Part shown: positions 1 through 11,400 of the stretch, one piece after another
How the letters are laid out: every line of letters begins with the position of its first letter
How positions within the stretch are numbered: the stretch's first letter is position 1
Assembly: GCF_009914755.1 (NCBI RefSeq)
Contig: NC_060946.1
Length of the DNA stretch: 64,000 bases
Direction: 5' to 3' (one strand)
Source: the human T2T-CHM13v2.0 reference genome, Homo sapiens
Translations under genes and position numbers: made by a program
Notes under the pieces: model-generated
Told to the model about the DNA's origin: nothing
Seen by the model: only the letters and a program-made list of their open reading frames with translations
Database searches by the model: none

Positions 1-161
1 ACCGTAGGCCTCAGAGCGCTCCAAATATCCACTTGCACATACTACAAAAAGAGTGCCTCAAAGCTGCTCTCTGAAACGGAATGTTCAACTCTATGAGTTG
101 AATGCAAACATCACAAAGACGTTTCTGAGAATGCTTCTGTCTAGATTTGATATGAAGATAT

Positions 162-178
162 TCCCGTTTCCAACGAAA
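162..178 (-). promoter_or_regulatory. CENP-B box 1 of the HOR (repeated in each copy)
   Basis: tcccgtttccaacgaaa is the reverse complement of TTTCGTTGGAAACGGGA, matching YTTCGTTGGAARCGGGA with all core bases (NTTCGNNNNANNCGGGN). Confidence 0.97.
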
Positions 179-332
179 TCTTCAAATCTATCCAAATGTC
201 CACTTGCAGATTCAACAAAATGTGTTTTTCAGAACTGCTCTATCAAAAGAAAGATCCACCTCTGTTAGCTGAGTTCACACATCACAAACAAGTTTATGAG
301 AATGCTTCTGTCTAGTTTTTATTTGAAGATAT

Positions 333-349
333 TTCCTTTCTCACCATAG
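333..349 (-). promoter_or_regulatory. A-type monomer pJalpha-like box
   Basis: ttcctttctcaccatag at the position homologous to the CENP-B box; near match to TTCCTTTTYCACCRTAG. Confidence 0.75.
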
Positions 350-499
350 ACCTGAAAGCTGTCCTAATGTTCACTTACAGATACTACAGAAAGAGTGTTT
401 AAAAACTGCTGTACGAAAGGGAATGTTCAACTCTGTGACTTGAATGCACACATCACAAAGAAGTTTCTGAGGATGCTGCTGTCTACTTTTTATACGTAA

Positions 500-516
500 T
501 CCCGTTTCCAACGAAA
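500..516 (-). promoter_or_regulatory. CENP-B box 2 of the HOR (repeated in each copy)
   Basis: tcccgtttccaacgaaa, preceded by the shortened flank tttttatacgtaa; 338 bp from box 1. Confidence 0.97.
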
Positions 517-670
517 TCCTCCAAGCTATCCAAATATCCACTTGCAGATTCCACAGAAAGACTGTTTCAAAACTGCTCTGTCAATAGAAAGGTTCAACTC
601 TGTTAGCTGCGTGCATATATCCCAAAGAAGATTCTGAGATTGCTTCTGTCTAGTTTTTATGGGAAGATAT

Positions 671-687
671 TTCCCTTTTCACCGTAG
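671..687 (-). promoter_or_regulatory. A-type monomer pJalpha-like box
   Basis: ttcccttttcaccgtag, one mismatch to TTCCTTTTYCACCRTAG. Confidence 0.75.
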
Positions 688-841
688 GCGTCAAGGCGCT
701 CCAAATGTCCACTTCCAGATACTACAAAAAGAGTGTTTCAAACCTACTCTGTGAAAGGGAATATTCAACTCTGTGACTTGAATGCACATATCACAAAGAA
801 GTTTCTGAGAATGCTTCTGTCGAGATTTTATATGAAGATGT

Positions 842-858
842 TCCCGTTTCCAACGAAA
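842..858 (-). promoter_or_regulatory. CENP-B box 3 of the HOR (repeated in each copy)
   Basis: tcccgtttccaacgaaa, 342 bp from box 2. Confidence 0.97.
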
Positions 859-1012
859 TCCTGAAATCTATCCAAATATCACCTCGCAGATTCTACAAAA
901 AGAGTGTTTCAAAACTGCTCTGTAAAAAGAAAGTTTCAACTCTGTTACTTGAGTACACACATCACAAACAAGTTTCACAGAATGCTTCTTTCTAGCTTGT
1001 AGGGGAAGATAT

Positions 1013-1029
1013 TCCCTTTATCACCATGG
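1013..1029 (-). promoter_or_regulatory. A-type monomer degenerate pJalpha-like box
   Basis: tccctttatcaccatgg at the homologous position, several mismatches. Confidence 0.6.
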
Positions 1030-1183
1030 TCCTCAAACCGTCCGAAACGTCCACTTCCATATACTACAAAAAGAGCGTTTCAAACCTGCTCTATGAAAGG
1101 CAATGTTCAACTCTGTGACTTGAATGCAGACATCACAGAGCAGTTTCTGAGAATGCTTCTGTCTAGATTTTATAGGAAGATAT

Positions 1184-1200
1184 TCCCGTTTCCAACGAAA
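1184..1200 (-). promoter_or_regulatory. CENP-B box 4 of the HOR (repeated in each copy)
   Basis: tcccgtttccaacgaaa, 342 bp from box 3 and 342 bp from box 1 of the next copy (1526). Confidence 0.97.
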
Positions 1201-1354
1201 TCTTCACAGCTATCCAAATATCCACTTGCAGATTCTACAAAAAGAGTGTATCAAAACTGCTCTGTCAAAAGGAAGGTTCTTCTCTGTTAGGTGAGTGCAT
1301 ACGTCATAAAGGAGTTTCTGAGAATGTTTCTGTCTAGTGGTTATGGGAAGATAT

Positions 1355-1371
1355 TTGCTTTTTCACCGTAG
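1355..1371 (-). promoter_or_regulatory. A-type monomer pJalpha-like box
   Basis: ttgctttttcaccgtag, one mismatch to TTCCTTTTYCACCRTAG. Confidence 0.75.
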
Positions 1372-4300
1372 TCCTCAGAGCGCTCCAAATATCCACTTGC
1401 ACATACTACAAAAAGAGTGCCTCAAAGCTGCTCTCTGAAACGGAATGTTCAACTCTATGAGTTGAATGCAAACATCACAAAGACGTTTCTGAGAATGCTT
1501 CTGTCTAGATTTGATATGAAGATATTCCCGTTTCCAACGAAATCTTCAAATCTATCCAAATGTCCACTTGCAGATTCAACAAAAAGTGTTTTTCAGAACT
1601 GCTCTATCAAAAGAAAGATCCACCTCTGTTAGCTGAGTTCACACATCACAAACAAGTTTATGAGAATGCTTCTGTCTAGTTTTTATTTGAAGATATTTCC
1701 TTTCTCACCATAGACCTGAAAGCTGTCCTAATGTTCACTTCCAGATACTACAGAAAGAGTGTTTCAAAACTGCTGTACGAAAGGGAATGTTCAACTCTGT
1801 GACTTGAATGCACACATCACAAAGAAGTTTCTGAGGATGCTGCTGTCTACTTTTTATACGTAATCCCGTTTCCAACGAAATCCTCCAAGCTATCCAAATA
1901 TCCACTTGCAGATTCCACAGAAAGACTGTTTCAAAACTGCTCTGTCAATAGAAAGGTTCAACTCTGTTAGCTGCGTGCATATATCCCAAAGAAGATTCTG
2001 AGATTGCTTCTGTCTAGTTTTTATGGGAAGATATTTCCCTTTTCACCGTAGGTGTCAAGGCGCTCCAAATGTCCACTTCCAGATACTACAAAAAGAGTGT
2101 TTCAAACCTACTCTGTGAAAAGGAATATTCAACTCTGTGACTTGAATGCAGATATCACAAAGAAGTTTCTGAGAATGCTTCTGTCGAGATTTTATATGAA
2201 GATATTCCCGTTTCCAACGAAATCCTGAAATCTATCCAAATATCCCCTCGCAGATTCTACAAAAAGAGTGTTTCAAAACTGCTCTGTAAAAAGAAAGGTT
2301 CAACTCTGTTAGTTGAGTACACACATCACAAACAAGTTTCACAGAATGCTTCTTTCTAGCTTGTAGGGGAAGATATTCCCTTTATCACCATGGGCCTCCA
2401 ACCGTCCGAAACGTCCACTTCCATATACTACCAAAAGAGCGTTTCAAACCTGCTCTAGGAAAGGCAATGTTCAACTCTGTGACTTGAATGCAGACATCAC
2501 AGAGCAGTTTCTGAGAATGCTTCTGTCTAGATTTTATAGGAAGATATTCCCGTTTCCAACGAAATCTTCACAGCTATCCAAATATCCACTTGCAGATTCT
2601 ACAAAAAGAGTGTATCAAAACTGCTCTGTCAAAAGGAAGGTTCTTCTCTGTTAGGTGAGTGCATACGTCATAAAGGAGTTTCTGAGAATGTTTCTGTCTA
2701 GTGGTTATGGGAAGATATTTGCTTTTTCACCGTAGGCCTCAGAGCGCTCCAAATATCCACTTGCACATACTACAAAAAGAGTGCCTCAAAGCTGCTCTCT
2801 GAAACGGAATGTTCAACTCTATGAGTTGAATGCAAACATCACAAAGACGTTTCTGAGAATGCTTCTGTCTAGATTTGATATGAAGATATTCCCGTTTCCA
2901 ACGAAATCTTCAAATCTATCCAAATGTCCACTTGCAGATTCAACAAAAAGTGTTTTTCAGAACTGCTCTATCAAAAGAAAGATCCACCTCTGTTAGCTGA
3001 GTTCACACATCCAAACAAGTTTATGAGAATGCTTCTGTCTAGTTTTTATTTGAAGATATTTCCTTTCTCACCATAGACCTGAAAGCTGTCCTAATGTTCA
3101 CTTCCAGATACTACAGAAAGAGTGTTTCAAAACTGCTGTACGAAAGGGAATGTTCAACTCTGTGACTTGAATGCACACATCACAAAGAAGTTTCTGAGGA
3201 TGCTGCTGTCTACTTTTTATACGTAATCCCGTTTCCAACGAAATCCTCCAAGCTATCCAAATATCCACTTGCAGATTCCACAGAAAGACTGTTTCAAAAC
3301 TGCTCTGTCAATAGAAAGGTTCAACTCTGTTAGCTGCGTGCATATATCCCAAAGAAGATTCTGAGATTGCTTCTGTCTAGTTTTTATGGGAAGATATTTC
3401 CCTTTTCACCGTAGGTGTCAAGGCGCTCCAAATGTCCACTTCCAGATACTACAAAAAGAGTGTTTCAAACCTACTCTGTGAAAAGGAATATTCAACTCTG
3501 TGACTTGAATGCAGATATCACAAAGAAGTTTCTGAGAATGCTTCTGTCGAGATTTTATATGAAGATATTCCCGTTTCCAACGAAATCCTGAAATCTATCC
3601 AAATATCCCCTCGCAGATTCTACAAAAAGAGTGTTTCAAAACTGCTCTGTAAAAAGAAAGGTTCAACTCTGTTAGTTGAGTACACACATCACAAACAAGT
3701 TTCACAGAATGCTTCTTTCTAGCTTGTAGGGGAAGATATTCCCTTTATCACCATGGGCCTCCAACCGTCCGAAACGTCCACTTCCATATACTACAAAAAG
3801 AGCGTTTCAAACCTGCTCTAGGAAAGGCAATGTTCAACTCTGTGACTTGAATGCAGACATCACAGAGCAGTTTCTGAGAATGCTTCTGTCTAGATTTTAT
3901 AGGAAGATATTCCCGTTTCCAACGAAATCTTCACAGCTATCCAAATATCCACTTGCAGATTCTACAAAAAGAGTGTATCAAAACTGCTCTGTCAAAAGGA
4001 AGGTTCTTCTCTGTTAGGTGAGTGCATACGTCATAAAGGAGTTTCTGAGAATGTTTCTGTCTAGTGGTTATGGGAAGATATTTGCTTTTTCACCGTAGGC
4101 CTCAGAGCGCTCCAAATATCCACTTGCACATACTACAAAAAGAGTGCCTCAAAGCTGCTCTCTGAAACGGAATGTTCAACTCTATGAGTTGAATGCAAAC
4201 ATCACAAAGACGTTTCTGAGAATGCTTCTGTCTAGATTTGATATGAAGATATTCCCGTTTCCAACGAAATCTTCAAATCTATCCAAATGTCCACTTGCAG

Positions 4301-5454
4301 ATTCAACAAAAAGTGTTTTTCAGAACTGCTCTATCAAAAGAAAGATCCACCTCTGTTAGCTGAGTTCACACATCCAAACAAGTTTATGAGAATGCTTCTG
4401 TCTAGTTTTTATTTGAAGATATTTCCTTTCTCACCATAGACCTGAAAGCTGTCCTAATGTTCACTTCCAGATACTACAGAAAGAGTGTTTCAAAACTGCT
4501 GTACGAAAGGGAATGTTCAACTCTGTGACTTGAATGCACACATCACAAAGAAGTTTCTGAGGATGCTGCTGTCTACTTTTTATACGTAATCCCGTTTCCA
4601 ACGAAATCCTCCAAGCTATCCAAATATCCACTTGCAGATTCCACAGAAAGACTGTTTCAAAACTGCTCTGTCAATAGAAAGGTTCAACTCTGTTAGCTGC
4701 GTGCATATATCCCAAAGAAGATTCTGAGATTGCTTCTGTCTAGTTTTTATGGGAAGATATTTCCCTTTTCACCGTAGGTGTCAAGGCGCTCCAAATGTCC
4801 ACTTCCAGATACTACAAAAAGAGTGTTTCAAACCTACTCTGTGAAAAGGAATATTCAACTCTGTGACTTGAATGCAGATATCACAAAGAAGTTTCTGAGA
4901 ATGCTTCTGTCGAGATTTTATATGAAGATATTCCCGTTTCCAACGAAATCCTGAAATCTATCCAAATATCCCCTCGCAGATTCTACAAAAAGAGTGTTTC
5001 AAAACTGCTCTGTAAAAAGAAAGGTTCAACTCTGTTAGTTGAGTACACACATCACAAACAAGTTTCACAGAATGCTTCTTTCTAGCTTGTAGGGGAAGAT
5101 ATTCCCTTTATCACCATGGGCCTCCAACCGTCCGAAACGTCCACTTCCATATACTACAAAAAGAGCGTTTCAAACCTGCTCTAGGAAAGGCAATGTTCAA
5201 CTCTGTGACTTGAATGCAGACATCACAGAGCAGTTTCTGAGAATGCTTCTGTCTAGATTTTATAGGAAGATATTCCCGTTTCCAACGAAATCTTCACAGC
5301 TATCCAAATATCCACTTGCAGATTCTACAAAAAGAGTGTATCAAAACTGCTCTGTCAAAAGGAAGGTTCTTCTCTGTTAGGTGAGTGCATACGTCATAAA
5401 GGAGTTTCTGAGAATGTTTCTGTCTAGTGGTTATGGGAAGATATTTGCTTTTTC

Positions 5455-8400
5455 ACCGTAGGCCTCAGAGCGCTCCAAATATCCACTTGCACATACTACA
5501 AAAAGAGTGCCTCAAAGCTGCTCTCTGAAACGGAATGTTCAACTCTATGAGTTGAATGCAAACATCACAAAGACGTTTCTGAGAATGCTTCTGTCTAGAT
5601 TTGATATGAAGATATTCCCGTTTCCAACGAAATCTTCAAATCTATCCAAATGTCCACTTGCAGATTCAACAAAAAGTGTTTTTCAGAACTGCTCTATCAA
5701 AAGAAAGATCCACCTCTGTTAGCTGAGTTCACACATCCAAACAAGTTTATGAGAATGCTTCTGTCTAGTTTTTATTTGAAGATATTTCCTTTCTCACCAT
5801 AGACCTGAAAGCTGTCCTAATGTTCACTTCCAGATACTACAGAAAGAGTGTTTCAAAACTGCTGTACGAAAGGGAATGTTCAACTCTGTGACTTGAATGC
5901 ACACATCACAAAGAAGTTTCTGAGGATGCTGCTGTCTACTTTTTATACGTAATCCCGTTTCCAACGAAATCCTCCAAGCTATCCAAATATCCACTTGCAG
6001 ATTCCACAGAAAGACTGTTTCAAAACTGCTCTGTCAATAGAAAGGTTCAACTCTGTTAGCTGCGTGCATATATCCCAAAGAAGATTCTGAGATTGCTTCT
6101 GTCTAGTTTTTATGGGAAGATATTTCCCTTTTCACCGTAGGTGTCAAGGCGCTCCAAATGTCCACTTCCAGATACTACAAAAAGAGTGTTTCAAACCTAC
6201 TCTGTGAAAAGGAATATTCAACTCTGTGACTTGAATGCAGATATCACAAAGAAGTTTCTGAGAATGCTTCTGTCGAGATTTTATATGAAGATATTCCCGT
6301 TTCCAACGAAATCCTGAAATCTATCCAAATATCCCCTCGCAGATTCTACAAAAAGAGTGTTTCAAAACTGCTCTGTAAAAAGAAAGGTTCAACTCTGTTA
6401 GTTGAGTACACACATCACAAACAAGTTTCACAGAATGCTTCTTTCTAGCTTGTAGGGGAAGATATTCCCTTTATCACCATGGGCCTCCAACCGTCCGAAA
6501 CGTCCACTTCCATATACTACAAAAAGAGCGTTTCAAACCTGCTCTAGGAAAGGCAATGTTCAACTCTGTGACTTGAATGCAGACATCACAGAGCAGTTTC
6601 TGAGAATGCTTCTGTCTAGATTTTATAGGAAGATATTCCCGTTTCCAACGAAATCTTCACAGCTATCCAAATATCCACTTGCAGATTCTACAAAAAGAGT
6701 GTATCAAAACTGCTCTGTCAAAAGGAAGGTTCTTCTCTGTTAGGTGAGTGCATACGTCATAAAGGAGTTTCTGAGAATGTTTCTGTCTAGTGGTTATGGG
6801 AAGATATTTCCTTTTTCACCGTAGGCCTCAGAGCGCTCCAAATATCCACTTGCACATACTACAAAAAGAGTGCCTCAAAGCTGCTCTTTGAAACGGAATG
6901 TTCAACTCTATGAGTTGAATGCAAACATCACAAAGACGTTTCTGAGAATGCTTCTGTCTAGATTTGATATGAAGATATTCCCGTTTCCAACGAAATCTTC
7001 AAATCTATCCAAATGTCCACTTGCAGATTCAACAAAAAGTGTTTTTCAGAACTGCTCTATCAAAAGAAAGATCCACATCTGTTAGCTGAGTTCACACATC
7101 ACAAACAAGTTTATGAGAATGCTTCTGTCTAGTTTTTATTTGAAGATATTTCCTTTCTCACCATAGACCTGAAAGCTGTCCTAATGTTCACTTCCAGATA
7201 CTACAGAAAGAGTGTTTCAAAACTGCTGTATGAAAGGGAATGTTGAACTCTGTGACTTGAATGCACACATCACAAAGAAGTTTCTGAGGATGCTGCTGTC
7301 TACTTTTTATATGTAATCCCGTTTCCAACGAAATCCTCCAAGCTATCCAAATATCCACTTGCAGATTCCACAGAAAGACTGTTTCAAAACTGCTCTGTCA
7401 ATAGAAAGGTTCAACTCTGTTAGCTGCGTGCATATATCCCAAAGAAGATTCTGAGATTGCTTCTGTCTAGTTTTTATGGGAAGATATTTCCCTTTTCACC
7501 GTAGGCGTCAAGGCGCTCCAAATGTCCACTTCCAGATACTACAAAAAGAGTGTTTCAAACCTACTCTGTGAAAGGGAATATTCAACTCTGTGACTTGAAT
7601 GCACATATCACAAAGAAGTTTCTGATAATGCTTCTGTCGAGATTTTATATGAAGATATTCCCGTTTCCAACGAAATCCTGAAATCTATCCAAATATCCCC
7701 TCGCAGATTCTACAAAAAGAGTGTTTCAAAACTGTTCTGTAAAAAGAAAGGTTCAACTCTGTTAGTTGAGTACACACATCACAAACAAGTATCACAGAAT
7801 GCTTCTTTCTAGCTTGTAGGGGAAGATATTCCCTTTATCACCATGGGCCTCAAACCGTCCGAAACGTCCACTTCCATATACTTCAAAAAGAGCGTTTCAA
7901 ACCTGCTCTATGAAAGGCAATGTTCAACTCTGTGACTTGAATGCAGACATCACAGAGCTGTTTATGAGAATGCTTCTGTCTAGATTTTATAGGATGATAT
8001 TCCCGTTTCCAACGAAATCTTCACAGCTATCCAAATATCCACTTGCAGATTCTACAAAAAGAGTGTATCCAAACTGCTCTGGCAAAAGGAAGGTTCTTCT
8101 CTGTTAGGTGAGTGCATACGTCATAAAGGAGTTTCTGAGAATGTTTCTGTCTAGTGGTTATGGGAAGATATTTGCTTTTTCACCGTAGGCCTCAGAGCGC
8201 TCCAAATATCCACTTGCACATACTACAAAAAGAGTGCCTCAAAGCTGCTCTCTGAAATGGAATGTTCAACTCTATGAGTTGAATGCAAACATCACAAAGA
8301 CGTTTCTGAGAATGCTTCTGTCTAGATTTGATATGAAGATATTCCCGTTTCCAACGAAATCTTCAAATCTATCCAAATGTCCACTTGCAGATTCAACAAA

Positions 8401-11400
8401 AAGTGTTTTTCAGAACTGCTCTATCAAAAGAAAGATCCACCTCTGTTAGCTGAGTTCACACATCCAAACAAGTTTATGAGAATGCTTCTGTCTAGTTTTT
8501 ATTTGAAGATATTTCCTTTCTCACCATAGACCTGAAAGCTGTCCTAATGTTCACTTCCAGATACTACAGAAAGAGTGTTTCAAAACTGCTGTACGAAAGG
8601 GAATGTTCAACTCTGTGACTTGAATGCACACATCACAAAGAAGTTTCTGAGGATGCTGCTGTCTACTTTTTATACGTAATCCCGTTTCCAACGAAATCCT
8701 CCAAGCTATCCAAATATCCACTTGCAGATTCCACAGAAAGACTGTTTCAAAACTGCTCTGTCAATAGAAAGGTTCAACTCTGTTAGCTGCGTGCATATAT
8801 CCCAAAGAAGATTCTGAGATTGCTTCTGTCTAGTTTTTATGGGAAGATATTTCCCTTTTCACCGTAGGCGTCAAGGCGCTCCAAATGTCCACTTCCAGAT
8901 ACTACAAAAAGAGTGTTTCAAACCTACTCTGTGAAAGGGAATATTCAACTCTGTGACTTGAATGCACATATCACAAAGAAGTTTCTGATAATGCTTCTGT
9001 CGAGATTTTATATGAAGATATTCCCGTTTCCAACGAAATCCTGAAATCTATCCAAATATCCCCTCGCAGATTCTACAAAAAGAGTGTTTCAAAACTGCTC
9101 TGTAAAAAGAAAGGTTCAACTCTGTTAGTTGAGTACACACATCACAAACAAGTTTCACAGAATGCTTCTTTCTAGCTTGTAGGGGAAGATATTCCCTTTA
9201 TCACCATGGGCCTCCAACCGTCCGAAACATCCACTTCCATATACTACAAAAAGAGCGTTTCAAACCTGCTCTATGAAAGGCAATGTTCAACTCTGTGACT
9301 TGAATGCAGACATCACAGAGCAGTTTCTGAGAATGCTTCTGTCTAGATTTTATAGGAAGATATTCCCGTTTCCAACGAAATCTTCACAGCTATCCAAATA
9401 TCCACTTGCAGATTCTACAAAAGGAGTGTATCAAAACTGCTCTGTCAAAAGGAAGGTTCTTCTCTGTTAGGTGAGTGCATACGTCATAAAGGAGTTTCTG
9501 AGAATGTTTCTGTCTAGTGGTTATGGGAAGATATTTGCTTTTTCACCGTAGGCCTCAGAGCGCTCCAAATATCCACTTGCACATACTACAAAAAGAGTGC
9601 CTCAAAGCTGCTCTCTGAAACGGAATGTTCAACTCTATGAGTTGAATGCAAACATCACAAAGACGTTTCTGAGAATGCTTCTGTCTAGATTTGATATGAA
9701 GATATTCCCGTTTCCAACGAAATCTTCAAATCTATCCAAATGTCCACTTGCAGATTCAACAAAAAGTGTTTTTCAGAACTGCTCTATCAAAAGAAAGATC
9801 CACCTCTGTTAGCTGAGTTCACACATCACAAACAAGTTTATGAGAATGCTTCTGTCTAGTTTTTATTTGAAGATATTTCCTTTCTCACCATAGACCTGAA
9901 AGCTGTCCTAATGTTCACTTCCAGATACTACAGAAAGAGTGTTTCAAAACTGCTGTACGAAAGGGAATGTTCAACTCTGTGACTTGAATGCACACATCAC
10001 AAAGAAGTTTCTGAGGATGCTGCTGTCTACTTTTTATACGTAATCCCGTTTCCAACGAAATCCTCCAAGCTATCCAAATATCCACTTGCAGATTCCACAG
10101 AAAGACTGTTTCAAAACTGCTCTGTCAATAGAAAGGTTCAACTCTGTTAGCTGCGTGCATATATCCCAAAGAAGATTCTGAGATTGCTTCTGTCTAGTTT
10201 TTATGGGAAGATATTTCCCTTTTCACCGTAGGTGTCAAGGCGCTCCAAATGTCCACTTCCAGATACTACAAAAAGAGTGTTTCAAACCTACTCTGTGAAA
10301 AGGAATATTCAACTCTGTGACTTGAATGCACATATCACAAAGAAGTTTCTGAGAATGCTTCTGTCGAGATTTTATATGAAGATATTCCCGTTTCCAACGA
10401 AATCCTGAAATCTATCCAAATATCCCCTCGCAGATTCTACAAAAAGAGTGTTTCAAAACTGCTCTGTAAAAAGAAAGGTTCAACTCTGTTAGTTGAGTAC
10501 ACACATCACAAACAAGTTTCACAGAATGCTTCTTTCTAGCTTGTAGGGGAAGATATTCCCTTTATCACCATGGGCCTCCAACCGTCCGAAACGTCCACTT
10601 CCATATACTACCAAAAGAGCGTTTCAAACCTGCTCTAGGAAAGGCAATGTTCAACTCTGTGACTTGAATGCAGACATCACAGAGCAGTTTCTGAGAATGC
10701 TTCTGTCTAGATTTTATAGGAAGATATTCCCGTTTCCAACGAAATCTTCACAGCTATCCAAATATCCACTTGCAGATTCTACAAAAAGAGTGTATCAAAA
10801 CTGCTCTCTCAAAAGGAAGGTTCTTCTCTGTTAGGTGAGTGCATACGTCATAAAGGAGTTTCTGAGAATGTTTCTGTCTAGTGGTTATGGGAAGATATTT
10901 GCTTTTTCACCGTAGGCCTCAGAGCGCTCCAAATATCCACTTGCACATACTACAAAAAGAGTGCCTCAAAGCTGCTCTCTGAAACGGAATGTTCAACTCT
11001 ATGAGTTGAATGCAAACATCACAAATACGTTTCTGAGAATGCTTCTGTCTAGATTTGATATGAAGATATTCCCGTTTCCAACGAAATCTTCAAATCTATC
11101 CAAATGTCCACTTGCAGATTCAACAAAAAGTGTTTTTCAGAACTGCTCTATCAAAAGAAAGATCCACCTCTGTTAGCTGAGTTCACACATCCAAACAAGT
11201 TTATGAGAATGCTTCTGTCTAGTTTTTATTTGAAGATATTTCCTTTCTCACCATAGACCTGAAAGCTGTCCTAATGTTCACTTCCAGATACTACAGAAAG
11301 AGTGTTTCAAAACTGCTGTACGAAAGGGAATGTTCAACTCTGTGACTTGAATGCACACATCACAAAGAAGTTTCTGAGGATGCTGCTGTCTACTTTTTAT

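Larger units (their letters stand above)
1..1364 (-). repeat. Representative 8-monomer HOR unit (copy 1)
   Basis: accgtagg/accgtagt recurs at 1, 1366-1373 region and onward with a 1364 period. Box positions 162, 333, 500, 671, 842, 1013, 1184, 1355, 1526 give spacings of 171,167,171,171,171,171,171,171 = 1364. Confidence 0.97.

Noticed and set aside
6-21. Short palindromes (aggcct, gagcgctc; also ccatgg, tctaga, tacgta elsewhere)
   Set aside because: Only 6-8 bp and expected by chance. I could not support stable hairpins or cruciforms without folding calculations.
53-268. 71-aa ORF (MPQSCSLKRNVQLYELNANI...) repeated in nearly every HOR
   Set aside because: It starts at GTG, is a chance stop-free frame of alpha-satellite, and recurs only because the DNA repeats. 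No gene context or recognisable domain.
1093-1290. 65-aa ORF (MKGNVQLCDLNAD...) present in some copies only
   Set aside because: It is switched on or off by one SNV (ctATGaa vs ctAGGaa) and resembles the 71-aa ORF because the monomers are paralogous. Useful as a haplotype marker only.
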